Assembly: GCA_964521235.1 (NCBI GenBank)
Contig: CAZFRH010000002.1
Location: forward strand, 10,025-74,024
Direction of reading: 5' to 3'
Source of the DNA: an uncultured Gammaproteobacteria bacterium
GTDB taxonomy: Bacteria; Patescibacteriota; Patescibacteriia; 2-12-FULL-60-25
Length of the DNA: 64,000 nt
Position 1 is the stretch's first letter, and each line of letters starts with the position of its first letter. Position numbers and translations under genes: made by a program. A model generated the notes under the pieces. It did not search any database and was not told the DNA's origin. It worked only from the letters and a program-made list of their open reading frames with translations. Below are positions 17,982 through 25,693 of this stretch, one piece after another.

Positions 17982-18947
17982 ATGACCTCCTTCACTCGCG
18001 CCGTTCTCGTTCTATCAGCTACGTTCCTGTTCCCAGCCGCAGCATTAGCCAAGCCAGCGATCAGCGAAGTCAGCCCGGTGACGGCAGCCGCAGGGACGCC
18101 GGTCACGCTTTCAGCCTCTGTTTCTTCGGCTGTGCCCATAGAGATCTGTCGTTTATATGTCGATTTGGAGGATGTCGGACCCATGACCGTCTCCGCGGGG
18201 CGGGCGAGCGCCCTGTACACCTTCCCATCCGGCGGCTCGCGCATTGCTTTTGTCTTTTGTCGCGATACGAGTGGGGGAGCGAGCTCTGGAGCGACGACCG
18301 CCATCAATGTAAGCGGGGCAAGGCACCCTACAGCGCCCTTGGATGTGTCTGGGACGCAAAGCTCGCCGAGCGTACCCTCCCTCTCACCGTCGGCTCCCCT
18401 CACGATCCCGGTCCTTGTCCCTGTTTACACTCAGAACGTCAGCCTGACGCCGGAGGCCAGCTCTTTCCTTGAGACTCCACCAGTCGCATCCTCACCAGAC
18501 GCCGGAGCTCTCCTCAAAGCGATCTGTCCGCCAGACGTTTCTGCTGACGACCCTTGCCGCGCCGTCTACTACGTCGGCAAAGATGGCAAGCGCCACGCTT
18601 TTCCAAATAGCCGCGTCTTTTTTACCTGGTACGGTGGGTTTGAATCTGTCAGAGAAATTCCGCTTGAAGGGCTCAGCGTCTATCCGTTGGGGCAAAACGT
18701 GCAGTATCGGGCAGGCGTGCGCATGGTGAAGTTCATGACTGACCCCAAAGTCTACGCCGTCTCTCGCGGCGGCGTGTTGCGTTGGATCAAGAGCGAGGAG
18801 CTTGCCCGCGCCTTTTATGGCAATGATTGGAACAAACAGATTGATGACCTGACGGATGCGTTTTATACAAACTATACCTTTGGTCCGGACATCGCTACTG
18901 TCTCCGACTACAACCCAGCAGACGAGATCGCGAACTCGAAGGAGTAG
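17982..18947 (+). CDS. Secreted protein with an Ig-like domain and a C-terminal ~145-aa domain shared with the 1079-aa protein
   Basis: Signal peptide MTSFTRAVLVLSATFLFPAAALA. The C-terminal VYYVGKDGKRHAFPN...[17 protein letters not shown] is paralogous to residues ~398-545 of 42512..45751. Confidence 0.8.
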   Translation: MTSFTRAVLVLSATFLFPAAALAKPAISEVSPVTAAAGTPVTLSASVSSAVPIEICRLYVDLEDVGPMTVSAGRASALYTFPSGGSRIAFVFCRDTSGGASSGATTAINVSGARHPTAPLDVSGTQSSPSVPSLSPSAPLTIPVLVPVYTQNVSLTPEASSFLETPPVASSPDAGALLKAICPPDVSADDPCRAVYYVGKDGKRHAFPNSRVFFTWYGGFESVREIPLEGLSVYPLGQNVQYRAGVRMVKFMTDPKVYAVSRGGVLRWIKSEELARAFYGNDWNKQIDDLTDAFYTNYTFGPDIATVSDYNPADEIANSKE

Positions 18948-18949
18948 GG

Positions 18950-19144
18950 CTACACGTCAAAATACCGCACCCTTCCCACCTCGCCCGTCTCGAGCCTTAC
19001 TTTGATGCCGTTGGGGTGGACGGGGGCGCTGGTTAGGATATCGCGGACCACGCCATAGGTGGCTTTTCCGGTCGGTTGGTCCTCCTTTTGGACGATGGCA
19101 ACCTTGAGTCCTGGGTAGATGTCTTTGCGGATGGTTCCGTCCAT
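18950..19144 (-). CDS. YwbE family protein
   Basis: 64 aa: RKDIYPGLKVAIVQKEDQPTGK..GVVRDILTSAPVHPNGIKVRLETGEVGRV. It closely matches B. subtilis YwbE as recalled. Confidence 0.85.
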   Translation of the reverse strand: MDGTIRKDIYPGLKVAIVQKEDQPTGKATYGVVRDILTSAPVHPNGIKVRLETGEVGRVRYFDV

Positions 19145-19220
19145 AAAAAAAGGCTAACAGAAGCGGGGGCTAAAATCAAACTATTTGGCTTTATTGAGCC
19201 TCATTTTCGCCTTTTTACCA

Positions 19221-19249
19221 TTGACAAAAGGGTGAAAAAATGGTATCTT
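19221..19249 (+). promoter_or_regulatory. Sigma70-like promoter
   Basis: TTGACA-N17-TATCTT, located 16 nt upstream of the ATG at 19265. Confidence 0.6.
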
Positions 19250-19264
19250 CATTCTTCGATCGCG

Positions 19265-19861
19265 ATGAGCGGTCGTTTTGATTCTATGACCAATTACCCA
19301 ATCGTTGGTGGATCTTCCCTCATGCTTTGGCTTGAGAAGGTTTTGGCGGTGCTTTTGCTCGCCGTCCTTGTCCATGGCCATCCGGTGCTCGCCCAAACGA
19401 GCACGGGAGCGGCTGTGGCTGAAGCCGAAGTAGCCCAGGCTGAGCCGGCTTCTGATCAGCCTACCGTGCAGGAAGTTTTGCTGCACGTGTGTGAAGAAAA
19501 CGGGTATGGCGAGGCCTGTGCCAAGACGCTCTTGGGCATGGTGTGGACCGAGTCTTCCAACCGGTCTACCGTCATCGGAGATAACGGCCGTGCGCGTGGA
19601 TACTTCCAAATCCACTATAAGCTCCACAAGATCTCCATTGCTTGTGCGGAAGACCTTGTGTGTTCCGCCAACTGGACGATTAAGTACCTGGAGCGCAACC
19701 AGTATCCGAAGTATGTGAACTACGCCGTCCAGTGCCACAACAGCTGTAACGTCAAAAACGGATATGCGGCCAAGGTGGTCCGTTATGGAAACCAGTTCTG
19801 GAACCAGCCGCTCGCCATCACCCAACCCGCTCCGATTGAGCTTGCGGTGAACGACCGTTAA
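19265..19861 (+). CDS. Secreted lytic transglycosylase (SLT-like) domain protein
   Basis: Signal/TM segment, then the SLT-like motif MVWTESSNRSTVIGDNGRARGYFQIH. The start may be 19265 or 19286. Confidence 0.65.
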   Translation: MSGRFDSMTNYPIVGGSSLMLWLEKVLAVLLLAVLVHGHPVLAQTSTGAAVAEAEVAQAEPASDQPTVQEVLLHVCEENGYGEACAKTLLGMVWTESSNRSTVIGDNGRARGYFQIHYKLHKISIACAEDLVCSANWTIKYLERNQYPKYVNYAVQCHNSCNVKNGYAAKVVRYGNQFWNQPLAITQPAPIELAVNDR

Positions 19862-19924
19862 TCCAAACGACCAAACAAGAACACGGCCCATTCGGGGTCG
19901 TGTTTTTGTGTTACTTGTTCTGCG

Positions 19925-21043
19925 TCAAGTCATAGGCAGATGTTTTTCCGCCCACCAGAGGAGCCGCTCTCCCCAGGTTGCCTGGCTGACGTTTTTTGAG
20001 ATGAGCTGTGCGAGCTCTTTGGTGAGGCTGGAGTCGGCGCCGAAGCGGTTCTTGATGAAGGCTAGTACATCCTCCGGGGTCCGCAGGGGCGCGATGCCAT
20101 GCGTATCGAGGAACGCCCCGAACAGGCGTTGAAAGGGTACGTCGCCTGGCGGCTTTGGCATCTGTGCCAGCTGGTCCGTAAAGGACCGGATCGTCTCCAG
20201 GGGGATGCGCCGCGCCATCAACCCGGCGAGGATGCTGCTCACTCCATGAGGTCGGTCAGGGATGCCGATCCGGCTCGCGAGCAAGCTTTCCATGAAGCAT
20301 TGCGCAAGGAGTTCATCGGTCACGGCTTTGCCGCGCTCCATCCGCCGCAGCACCTCGTTCCCGATGGTGAAGAGGGTGGAGGAACCTGGGAACGAACGGC
20401 TGACGTCCGCCCCCTTTTTCTTCACTAGTTGAGAGAGATGGGAGTGCCCTGATCCGAGGCTCACAAGGACCTGTATATCCGTCTTCTGTTGAAACCGTCC
20501 GCTTTTTTGGATCGCTGCGGGCAAGGATCGTGTGAGCGAATCGATGATGTGACGTTCCCGTTTTTGTTCACCCGCCGCAAACGTTTCAAAAGACGTTCGT
20601 GCGCTCGCGATCGCCTCTGCTAGGCGACCCGATCGGAACAGGCGGGCACTCTCGTCCATTTGGTGGGGGATGTTGGCATGCGTTTCGGTGACGTCCCCTG
20701 CGGGCAGATCGGCGTAGAAGATCAGCTTTTTTGAACCAGCGACAAGCTTCGCTAATTCCCGAAATTTTTCCCAGTCCTGTGGCGTCAGGTCCCGATGGTC
20801 GACACGTGCGAGGTCACCGAATAAGGCGTCCGCCTTCTTCAGCGTGTACGTCCCATCTGACACGCCCTGGAGGATTTGTTGGTCGGCCGTGGTCCAGCCG
20901 ACTAGTTCCGGAACAACGACATCCGCGTCTTTGATCCTTTCCGCGACGTTCCGCATCTCCCCCCAATGTCCATGAGGAGCAAAGGCAAAGTGGTAGTGGA
21001 CATTTTGTTCACGTCGCTCCTTCCGTTCCGGCATCTCATTCAT
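19925..21043 (-). CDS. Hypothetical protein, ~372 aa
   Basis: Long ORF with normal codon bias. The track start at 21061 is TTG; the first ATG is at 21043. No family recognised. Confidence 0.6.
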   Translation of the reverse strand: MNEMPERKERREQNVHYHFAFAPHGHWGEMRNVAERIKDADVVVPELVGWTTADQQILQGVSDGTYTLKKADALFGDLARVDHRDLTPQDWEKFRELAKLVAGSKKLIFYADLPAGDVTETHANIPHQMDESARLFRSGRLAEAIASARTSFETFAAGEQKRERHIIDSLTRSLPAAIQKSGRFQQKTDIQVLVSLGSGHSHLSQLVKKKGADVSRSFPGSSTLFTIGNEVLRRMERGKAVTDELLAQCFMESLLASRIGIPDRPHGVSSILAGLMARRIPLETIRSFTDQLAQMPKPPGDVPFQRLFGAFLDTHGIAPLRTPEDVLAFIKNRFGADSSLTKELAQLISKNVSQATWGERLLWWAEKHLPMT

Positions 21044-21110
21044 ACGCTCAGCATAAACCAAAATTCAACCCCTTCCTAGGTCGGTTTTCGTGGGGGGGTA
21101 ACCGTGTGTA

Positions 21111-21782
21111 TCACCAAGGGATCTGTTTTTTGCCAAACCAGAATCCACCGGTCGCCGGCCGCTTTTTAGCGAAATCAAAAATGCGGGCGGCTGCTTGGCT
21201 AGGGGAAAGGTCAGCGTCGCTCCCTCCCATGCCTGTCCGGACCCAGCCCGGGTGCACTGATGAGACGGCAGGTCCGGTTGCCGCGAGGCGCAGGGCGAGG
21301 GTGCGTGTATACATGTTCAGGGCCGCTTTTGAGATTTTGTAGGATGGATAATGGAGGGGGAAATGGCTCTTTTCCTTATCCACCCATGCCAAGGAACCGG
21401 CGGAAGATGAGATGTTGATGACCTGTCCGTCCTTCTTGATGGCTGGCAACATCCGTTCGGTAAAGTCGATGGTTCCAATGAGGTTGACTTCAAGCGTTTT
21501 GCGGAGTTTTTGGACAATGACAGAGGTCTCATTTTCATCCGCGAGGATGCCGGCGTTGTTGATGAGGATATCAATTTTTTTTCGCGATGCGCAAAGTTTA
21601 TCGGTACAGCGTTTAATGCTCTGTGGGGAGGAAAGGTCAAGCGGGAGCATCGTGAGGTTCGGATGCGCAAACGTTGGTTTCGTCAGGTATGTCCCGATGA
21701 TTGCATGGCCCCTGCGCAGGCCTTCTTCCGCAAGCGCGCGCCCAATGCCTTTGCTGATGCCGGTGATAAGGACAGTCTTCAT
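21111..21782 (-). CDS. Short-chain dehydrogenase/reductase (SDR)
   Basis: MKTVLITGISKGIGRAL, NNAG, and a YxxxK-type YPSYKISKAAL. The start is set at the internal ATG. Confidence 0.9.
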   Translation of the reverse strand: MKTVLITGISKGIGRALAEEGLRRGHAIIGTYLTKPTFAHPNLTMLPLDLSSPQSIKRCTDKLCASRKKIDILINNAGILADENETSVIVQKLRKTLEVNLIGTIDFTERMLPAIKKDGQVINISSSAGSLAWVDKEKSHFPLHYPSYKISKAALNMYTRTLALRLAATGPAVSSVHPGWVRTGMGGSDADLSPSQAAARIFDFAKKRPATGGFWFGKKQIPW

Positions 21783-21832
21783 GCCGAAAGTGTACCTCGT
21801 CGCACATGATCTGTCGCGCAAAAGGCCAGGAT

Positions 21833-21869
21833 CGCAAAACGCTCCCCGTTGGGGGAGCGTTTTGCGTGG
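21833..21869. repeat. Direct repeat copy 1 (terminator-like hairpin)
   Basis: CGCAAAACGCTCCCCGTTGGGGGAGCGTTTTGCGTGG. It is identical to 22875..22910 except for one extra G. Confidence 0.9.
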
Positions 21870-21912
21870 AGCTACCTGTGCATTGCTGTCCGCATTATAA
21901 AGCCTGTGTGTC

Positions 21913-22458
21913 CTAACGAAAGAAGATGGGTAAGAAAATAGTTATGCTCAATATCAGGAGAATGAGGGCGAAGATCGCAACAACTAGATTTAGCTTAGTG
22001 TCTTTATCATGTTCGGATTTATGAATGCGAGCATTTAGTAGATAGGCCAGAGAAACACTCAGCACAACAAGGACGGATGGCAAAATAATCACCAGTAATC
22101 CACTCGCTGGCCAATCAGCAAATCTACCGGAGCTTGAGCCGGGAAAATGATACATGCCGAAGACGCGACACGATTTAACCTCGGAAGCGAGTACGCCTTT
22201 TTCTGCCATGCTGACGGTGAGGCATCGCTGAACATTTATTCCTTGCAAAAGAGCAAAAAGCGTAAGCACGATTGATGCGACTAACAGAGCGCCCATCGTA
22301 TTTTGTGTGGGTCTTTTTCCTGAGATGCCTGAGTGTATGATGATCATACCGATCATCGCTAGTAGGGCGACTGGCAGAAACCAGAATCCGATGTACGGAA
22401 TGAGGAAAACGCATGCCGCGAGGACGGTCACAATGAATACTGTGTGTATTGGTTTCAT
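21913..22458 (-). CDS. AT-rich multi-pass membrane protein, ~181 aa
   Basis: 5-6 hydrophobic segments. Its composition differs markedly from the flanks. The start is set at the internal ATG (MKPIHTV). Confidence 0.6.
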   Translation of the reverse strand: MKPIHTVFIVTVLAACVFLIPYIGFWFLPVALLAMIGMIIIHSGISGKRPTQNTMGALLVASIVLTLFALLQGINVQRCLTVSMAEKGVLASEVKSCRVFGMYHFPGSSSGRFADWPASGLLVIILPSVLVVLSVSLAYLLNARIHKSEHDKDTKLNLVVAIFALILLILSITIFLPIFFR

Positions 22459-22472
22459 ACGAGCATGAAGGG

Positions 22473-22838
22473 TTATCGACCAACGTAACGATAAAAGTAT
22501 TCCGGTGTTGTCGCGTGGCACGTTTTGACGTATTTGGCTTTGTTGATCATTTCATTTGTGAACGAACCATCGCCCCCAGAAGATCCATATCTGATTCCAT
22601 CTTGCCCGAAGTACTCATAGGCGCACATGTCTTCTTGGCATCCAATTTTGACGAGAATTTTTTTTGTTGAGGTCGAGCTCTCGCAGACTTCAAAATTCAA
22701 GTTCTCGACACCAGTCTTATCCCTTTGCAGGATTTGGAATCCGATGGGAACGCCAAATTGCCTCAATGCCATCATTAGCACTAGACCAAATCCAGTGAGG
22801 ATGATAACGATAAGAACAATTCTTCTTGTTTGATTCAT
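22473..22838 (-). CDS. AT-rich small membrane-anchored Cys-containing protein, 121 aa
   Basis: MNQTRRIVLIVIILTGFGLVLMMAL followed by a soluble domain with four Cys. The longer track ORF runs across tRNA-His and is rejected. Confidence 0.55.
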   Translation of the reverse strand: MNQTRRIVLIVIILTGFGLVLMMALRQFGVPIGFQILQRDKTGVENLNFEVCESSTSTKKILVKIGCQEDMCAYEYFGQDGIRYGSSGGDGSFTNEMINKAKYVKTCHATTPEYFYRYVGR

Positions 22839-22874
22839 AGGGATTTCATCCAGGCTATCAGAATGGCCTGAAAA

Positions 22875-22910
22875 CGCAAAACGCTCCCCGTTGGGGAGCG
22901 TTTTGCGTGG
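22875..22910. repeat. Direct repeat copy 2, also the terminator hairpin just 3' of tRNA-His
   Basis: CGCAAAACGCTCCCCGTTGGGGAGCGTTTTGCGTGG. Its last 3 nt are the complement of the tRNA CCA end. Confidence 0.9.
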
Positions 22911-22983
22911 GGTGGCCAATGGGATTCGAACCCATAATAGCGGGACCACAACCCGCTGTGATAACCCTTTCACCATGGCCACC
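22908..22983 (-). tRNA. tRNA-His (anticodon GTG) with encoded G-1 and CCA
   Basis: Manual cloverleaf: G-1 plus GTGGCCA/TGGCCAC, anticodon arm GCGGG-TTGTGGT-CCCGC, T-arm ATGGG-TTCGAAT-CCCAT, discriminator C. Confidence 0.92.
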
Positions 22984-23159
22984 ACGTGCTCGCCTATGCG
23001 ACCTGGGCACTCCGTCCCGCTGCTTGCGGGACTGCATGCCCTGGTCGCGGCTGCGCTTGCTCCGCTATCGCTTCGCAATAGGGACGGCGATGCCTGCGCT
23101 TTGCTCGTCGGACTCGCAAGGGGAATCGCCGTCGCCCCAGAAACCAGCAAAGCGAGGCA

Positions 23160-23188
23160 TTTATAGCGCAGGATAGGGCATTTGGCAA
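23160..23188 (-). promoter_or_regulatory. Sigma70-like promoter reading toward tRNA-His
   Basis: The minus strand reads TTGCCA-N17-TATAAA, about 170 nt upstream of the mature tRNA 5' end. Confidence 0.55.
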
Positions 23189-23191
23189 GTG

Positions 23192-23220
23192 TTGACCGAG
23201 GGCCTATTTCTTGGTATATC
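23192..23220 (+). promoter_or_regulatory. Sigma70-like promoter for the hydrolase gene
   Basis: TTGACC-N17-TATATC, 29 nt upstream of the ATG at 23250. Confidence 0.5.
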
Positions 23221-23249
23221 CTCTCCAGTCCTTTTGAAAGAGGGGGTCC

Positions 23250-23915
23250 ATGGACCATAAGGCAGCGGTGGTGATTCCCGGTGGTGGTTCTCCGTATTCG
23301 CAAGCGTGCTTTCCCGTCTACAAGCTGCTCCGCGATGGTGGGCTGCAGTACGGGTGGGACGTCGCCGTCCTCGACTATCTCCAAGCCGGACAGGGGATGA
23401 GCCAGCCCCTAGGTTGGCTGACCTTTCCCAAGGCGGTCGCCTGCATCCAGTCTGAGATCAGGCCAGCGGAACGTGCGATTGGCCTGTCCTTTGGAGTCTC
23501 GGTGTGCGCCGCGCTGGCCGCCTCCGGCGACCTGAGGGCCAAGCATCTGATTTGGTACGCCCCAATCCCTTGGGAGTCGTATACGAAGCTCTACGCGAGG
23601 CCAAAGGACGTTAAGCGGTTCAACGTAGAAGCTGCCCTCGAGGGGCGTGGAGTGCGGATCGCCCAGGGCTTTCTGGCATCGCTCACCCCCTTGGAGAAGC
23701 TCGTCCGCCAGATGCGTGGCTTCACCGTCACGATCGTAGTCGGGACAAAGGACAGCCTCACGTCCACGGAGTTCGCCCTCTCGCTCATCGAGCAGCTTCG
23801 TGACGCCGGGAATACCGCCCAGCTGCACGTCATCCAGGGAGCGTGCCACGAGATGATGGAAGACAGCGCACCCGAGCACGTGCGCGCAGCCTACCTCGAA
23901 GCCCTGTTTTCGTAA
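23250..23915 (+). CDS. Alpha/beta hydrolase fold protein
   Basis: 221 aa with the nucleophile-elbow-like GLSFG and a C-terminal His region (GACHEMM). Confidence 0.55.
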   Translation: MDHKAAVVIPGGGSPYSQACFPVYKLLRDGGLQYGWDVAVLDYLQAGQGMSQPLGWLTFPKAVACIQSEIRPAERAIGLSFGVSVCAALAASGDLRAKHLIWYAPIPWESYTKLYARPKDVKRFNVEAALEGRGVRIAQGFLASLTPLEKLVRQMRGFTVTIVVGTKDSLTSTEFALSLIEQLRDAGNTAQLHVIQGACHEMMEDSAPEHVRAAYLEALFS

Positions 23916-23931
23916 GTCGACACCTCTCTGC

Positions 23932-24960
23932 TTACCCGAGCCCCACCCTGTGGGGCTCTTGCTTTTCTTTGAGCCCTTCCAACTCCGCGGCAATCATCAT
24001 TTCGATCAACAAAGAAAAGGGTACGCTCGGTTTCCAGCCCAGGATTTTTTCGGCCTTGCTGGCGTTACCGACTTTTGGCAACGGTTCGAGGTCTTTGTAG
24101 AATTCTGCTGCCGTTTCGACGATTTTTTTGCCGTTCCGGTCGTATGCAACCGTTTCAATTCCTGCGCCGTCCCAGGTCAGTTCCGTATCGAGAAATCCGG
24201 CAGCAAGATTGATCGCTTCTTTCACGCTGTGGAGTTCTCCGCTCGCAATCACGAAGTCTTCAGGCGTGCCGTGTTGCAGCATGGCGTGCATGGCGCGGGC
24301 GTAGTCTCCGGCAAAGCCCCAGTCGCGCAACATCTCGACGTTGCCAATTTGGAGCGTCGGTTCTAATCCAGCCTTGATGCGTACGAGCGTGCTCGTGATC
24401 TTACGCAATGCGGCCTTCGGTGACCGGCGGGGGGATTCATGGCTGAACAAGAATGCTGAGCAGGCGAATACCCCAGTTTTTTGCCTCAACTGTTCGATGG
24501 AGTCGCGGTCTGCTTCCATCTTCGCTCTGGCATACGGATTGTTGGTTTCCCAGGCGCGAGAGGCCGCCTCATCCAGAGGCTTCTCGGAAGGTAAAAAGAT
24601 TTCGCTGGAAGATGCTTGGAGAAAGCGGACAGAGGGATTTGCTTTCATGCATTCGTCCAAGAGCTTGGCTACGCTCGTATAGAGTATGTCTCGTGTGCGT
24701 TCAGGAAATGTATAAGCTGTCTTCAGGTCCGTAATGGAAGCCAGATTGTAGACCTCGTCCGGTTCAGAGACTTCGACGATCCGTTGGAGGGTAGCATCAT
24801 CCGTCAGGTCGCCACGGAGCAGGGTGACGCCTTCGGGTACATGCCTGGTATCAGAATCTTCTTTAGCCAAACCAAACACTTCGTAGCCGGCTGGCAGGAG
24901 GAGCTCAGCCAGGTAGGAGCCGTCTTGTCCGGCGACGCCGGTGATCAAGGCTTTTTTCAT
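23932..24960 (-). CDS. gmd: GDP-mannose 4,6-dehydratase family
   Basis: ALITGVAGQDGSYLAELLL, FLFSHESPRR, LRDWGFAGDY and PEDFVIASG match Gmd hallmarks. Confidence 0.8.
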   Translation of the reverse strand: MKKALITGVAGQDGSYLAELLLPAGYEVFGLAKEDSDTRHVPEGVTLLRGDLTDDATLQRIVEVSEPDEVYNLASITDLKTAYTFPERTRDILYTSVAKLLDECMKANPSVRFLQASSSEIFLPSEKPLDEAASRAWETNNPYARAKMEADRDSIEQLRQKTGVFACSAFLFSHESPRRSPKAALRKITSTLVRIKAGLEPTLQIGNVEMLRDWGFAGDYARAMHAMLQHGTPEDFVIASGELHSVKEAINLAAGFLDTELTWDGAGIETVAYDRNGKKIVETAAEFYKDLEPLPKVGNASKAEKILGWKPSVPFSLLIEMMIAAELEGLKEKQEPHRVGLG

Positions 24961-25049
24961 CCCCGGTATCTTGACCTATCCAGTTCTCTATGGCTAGATG
25001 GCGGCCGTCGTTCAGGGGAATAGGCCCCGACCAACCAGGAGGGACGACG

Positions 25050-25637
25050 ATGGGCACAGGAGAAGATCTGACCCCGGTAGAGAAGGCGGAGTACAACCGG
25101 CTCTGCCGTAAGATCTGGGCTGCTTCGGAGCTGCACTGGATTCCGAAAGAGTGCATGGAGGCGTTCCACCATCTTACGGAGACCCCGTTCGCCGAGATGG
25201 TATTCACTCGCAGGCTCTTCACGGAGGGGGAGGAGCCGGAGCTCCTCCTCAAACATCGCGACGATGAGCACTGGCGGGACATGTATCACTTCCCCGGGAC
25301 CAAGCATCGGGTCAGCCAGGAGTTCGGCAACCCGCTCCAGGTCGCGCAAGCGCTGGCAGAGCTGGAGTTCAAGGGGATCCGGATCGCTCGTGCGATCCTC
25401 GTCGGCCACAATCAGTGGAAGCTGCAGTCGGAGGGCGGCGACCACCCGTGGTGTAACGCCCTTTCGCTCGTCACGTTGTGCGAGGTCGAAGAGGGCACCC
25501 TCGAGCTCACGGGCAAGCAGCGCTTCTTCACGTTCGAAGAGGCGAAGCAGCTCAGGATGCCCACACATCATCTCGACTTCTTCGAGTGGTGCCGTGGCGT
25601 TTCGATGACCGGCCGTCCGCACATCTTCACTCGTTGA
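25050..25637 (+). CDS. Hypothetical protein, possibly a degenerate NUDIX-like fold
   Basis: ATG preceded by AGGAGGG. It is more protein-like than the antisense ORF 24957..25673. Confidence 0.5.
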   Translation: MGTGEDLTPVEKAEYNRLCRKIWAASELHWIPKECMEAFHHLTETPFAEMVFTRRLFTEGEEPELLLKHRDDEHWRDMYHFPGTKHRVSQEFGNPLQVAQALAELEFKGIRIARAILVGHNQWKLQSEGGDHPWCNALSLVTLCEVEEGTLELTGKQRFFTFEEAKQLRMPTHHLDFFEWCRGVSMTGRPHIFTR

Positions 25638-25657
25638 TCCGACGCGTTCTTTTTCGC

Positions 25658-25689
25658 AAAAGCCGCGAGACATCTGTCTCGCGGCTTTT
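25658..25689. terminator. Bidirectional intrinsic terminator
   Basis: AAAAGCCGCGAGAC-ATCT-GTCTCGCGGCTTTT, a 14-bp stem flanked by A/T runs. Confidence 0.85.
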
Positions 25690-25693
25690 TCGT

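Noticed and set aside
22839-23384. N-terminal extension of track ORF 22473..23384, and ORFs 22891..23166 and 22907..23176.
   Set aside because: They run straight through tRNA-His and its structured leader. Only the C-terminal 121 codons (22473..22838) look like a gene.
24957-25673. 238-aa minus ORF overlapping 25050..25637.
   Set aside because: It is Arg/Leu/Glu/Pro-rich and mirrors the plus-strand ORF. The plus ORF has a good AGGAGGG RBS and is followed by a terminator.
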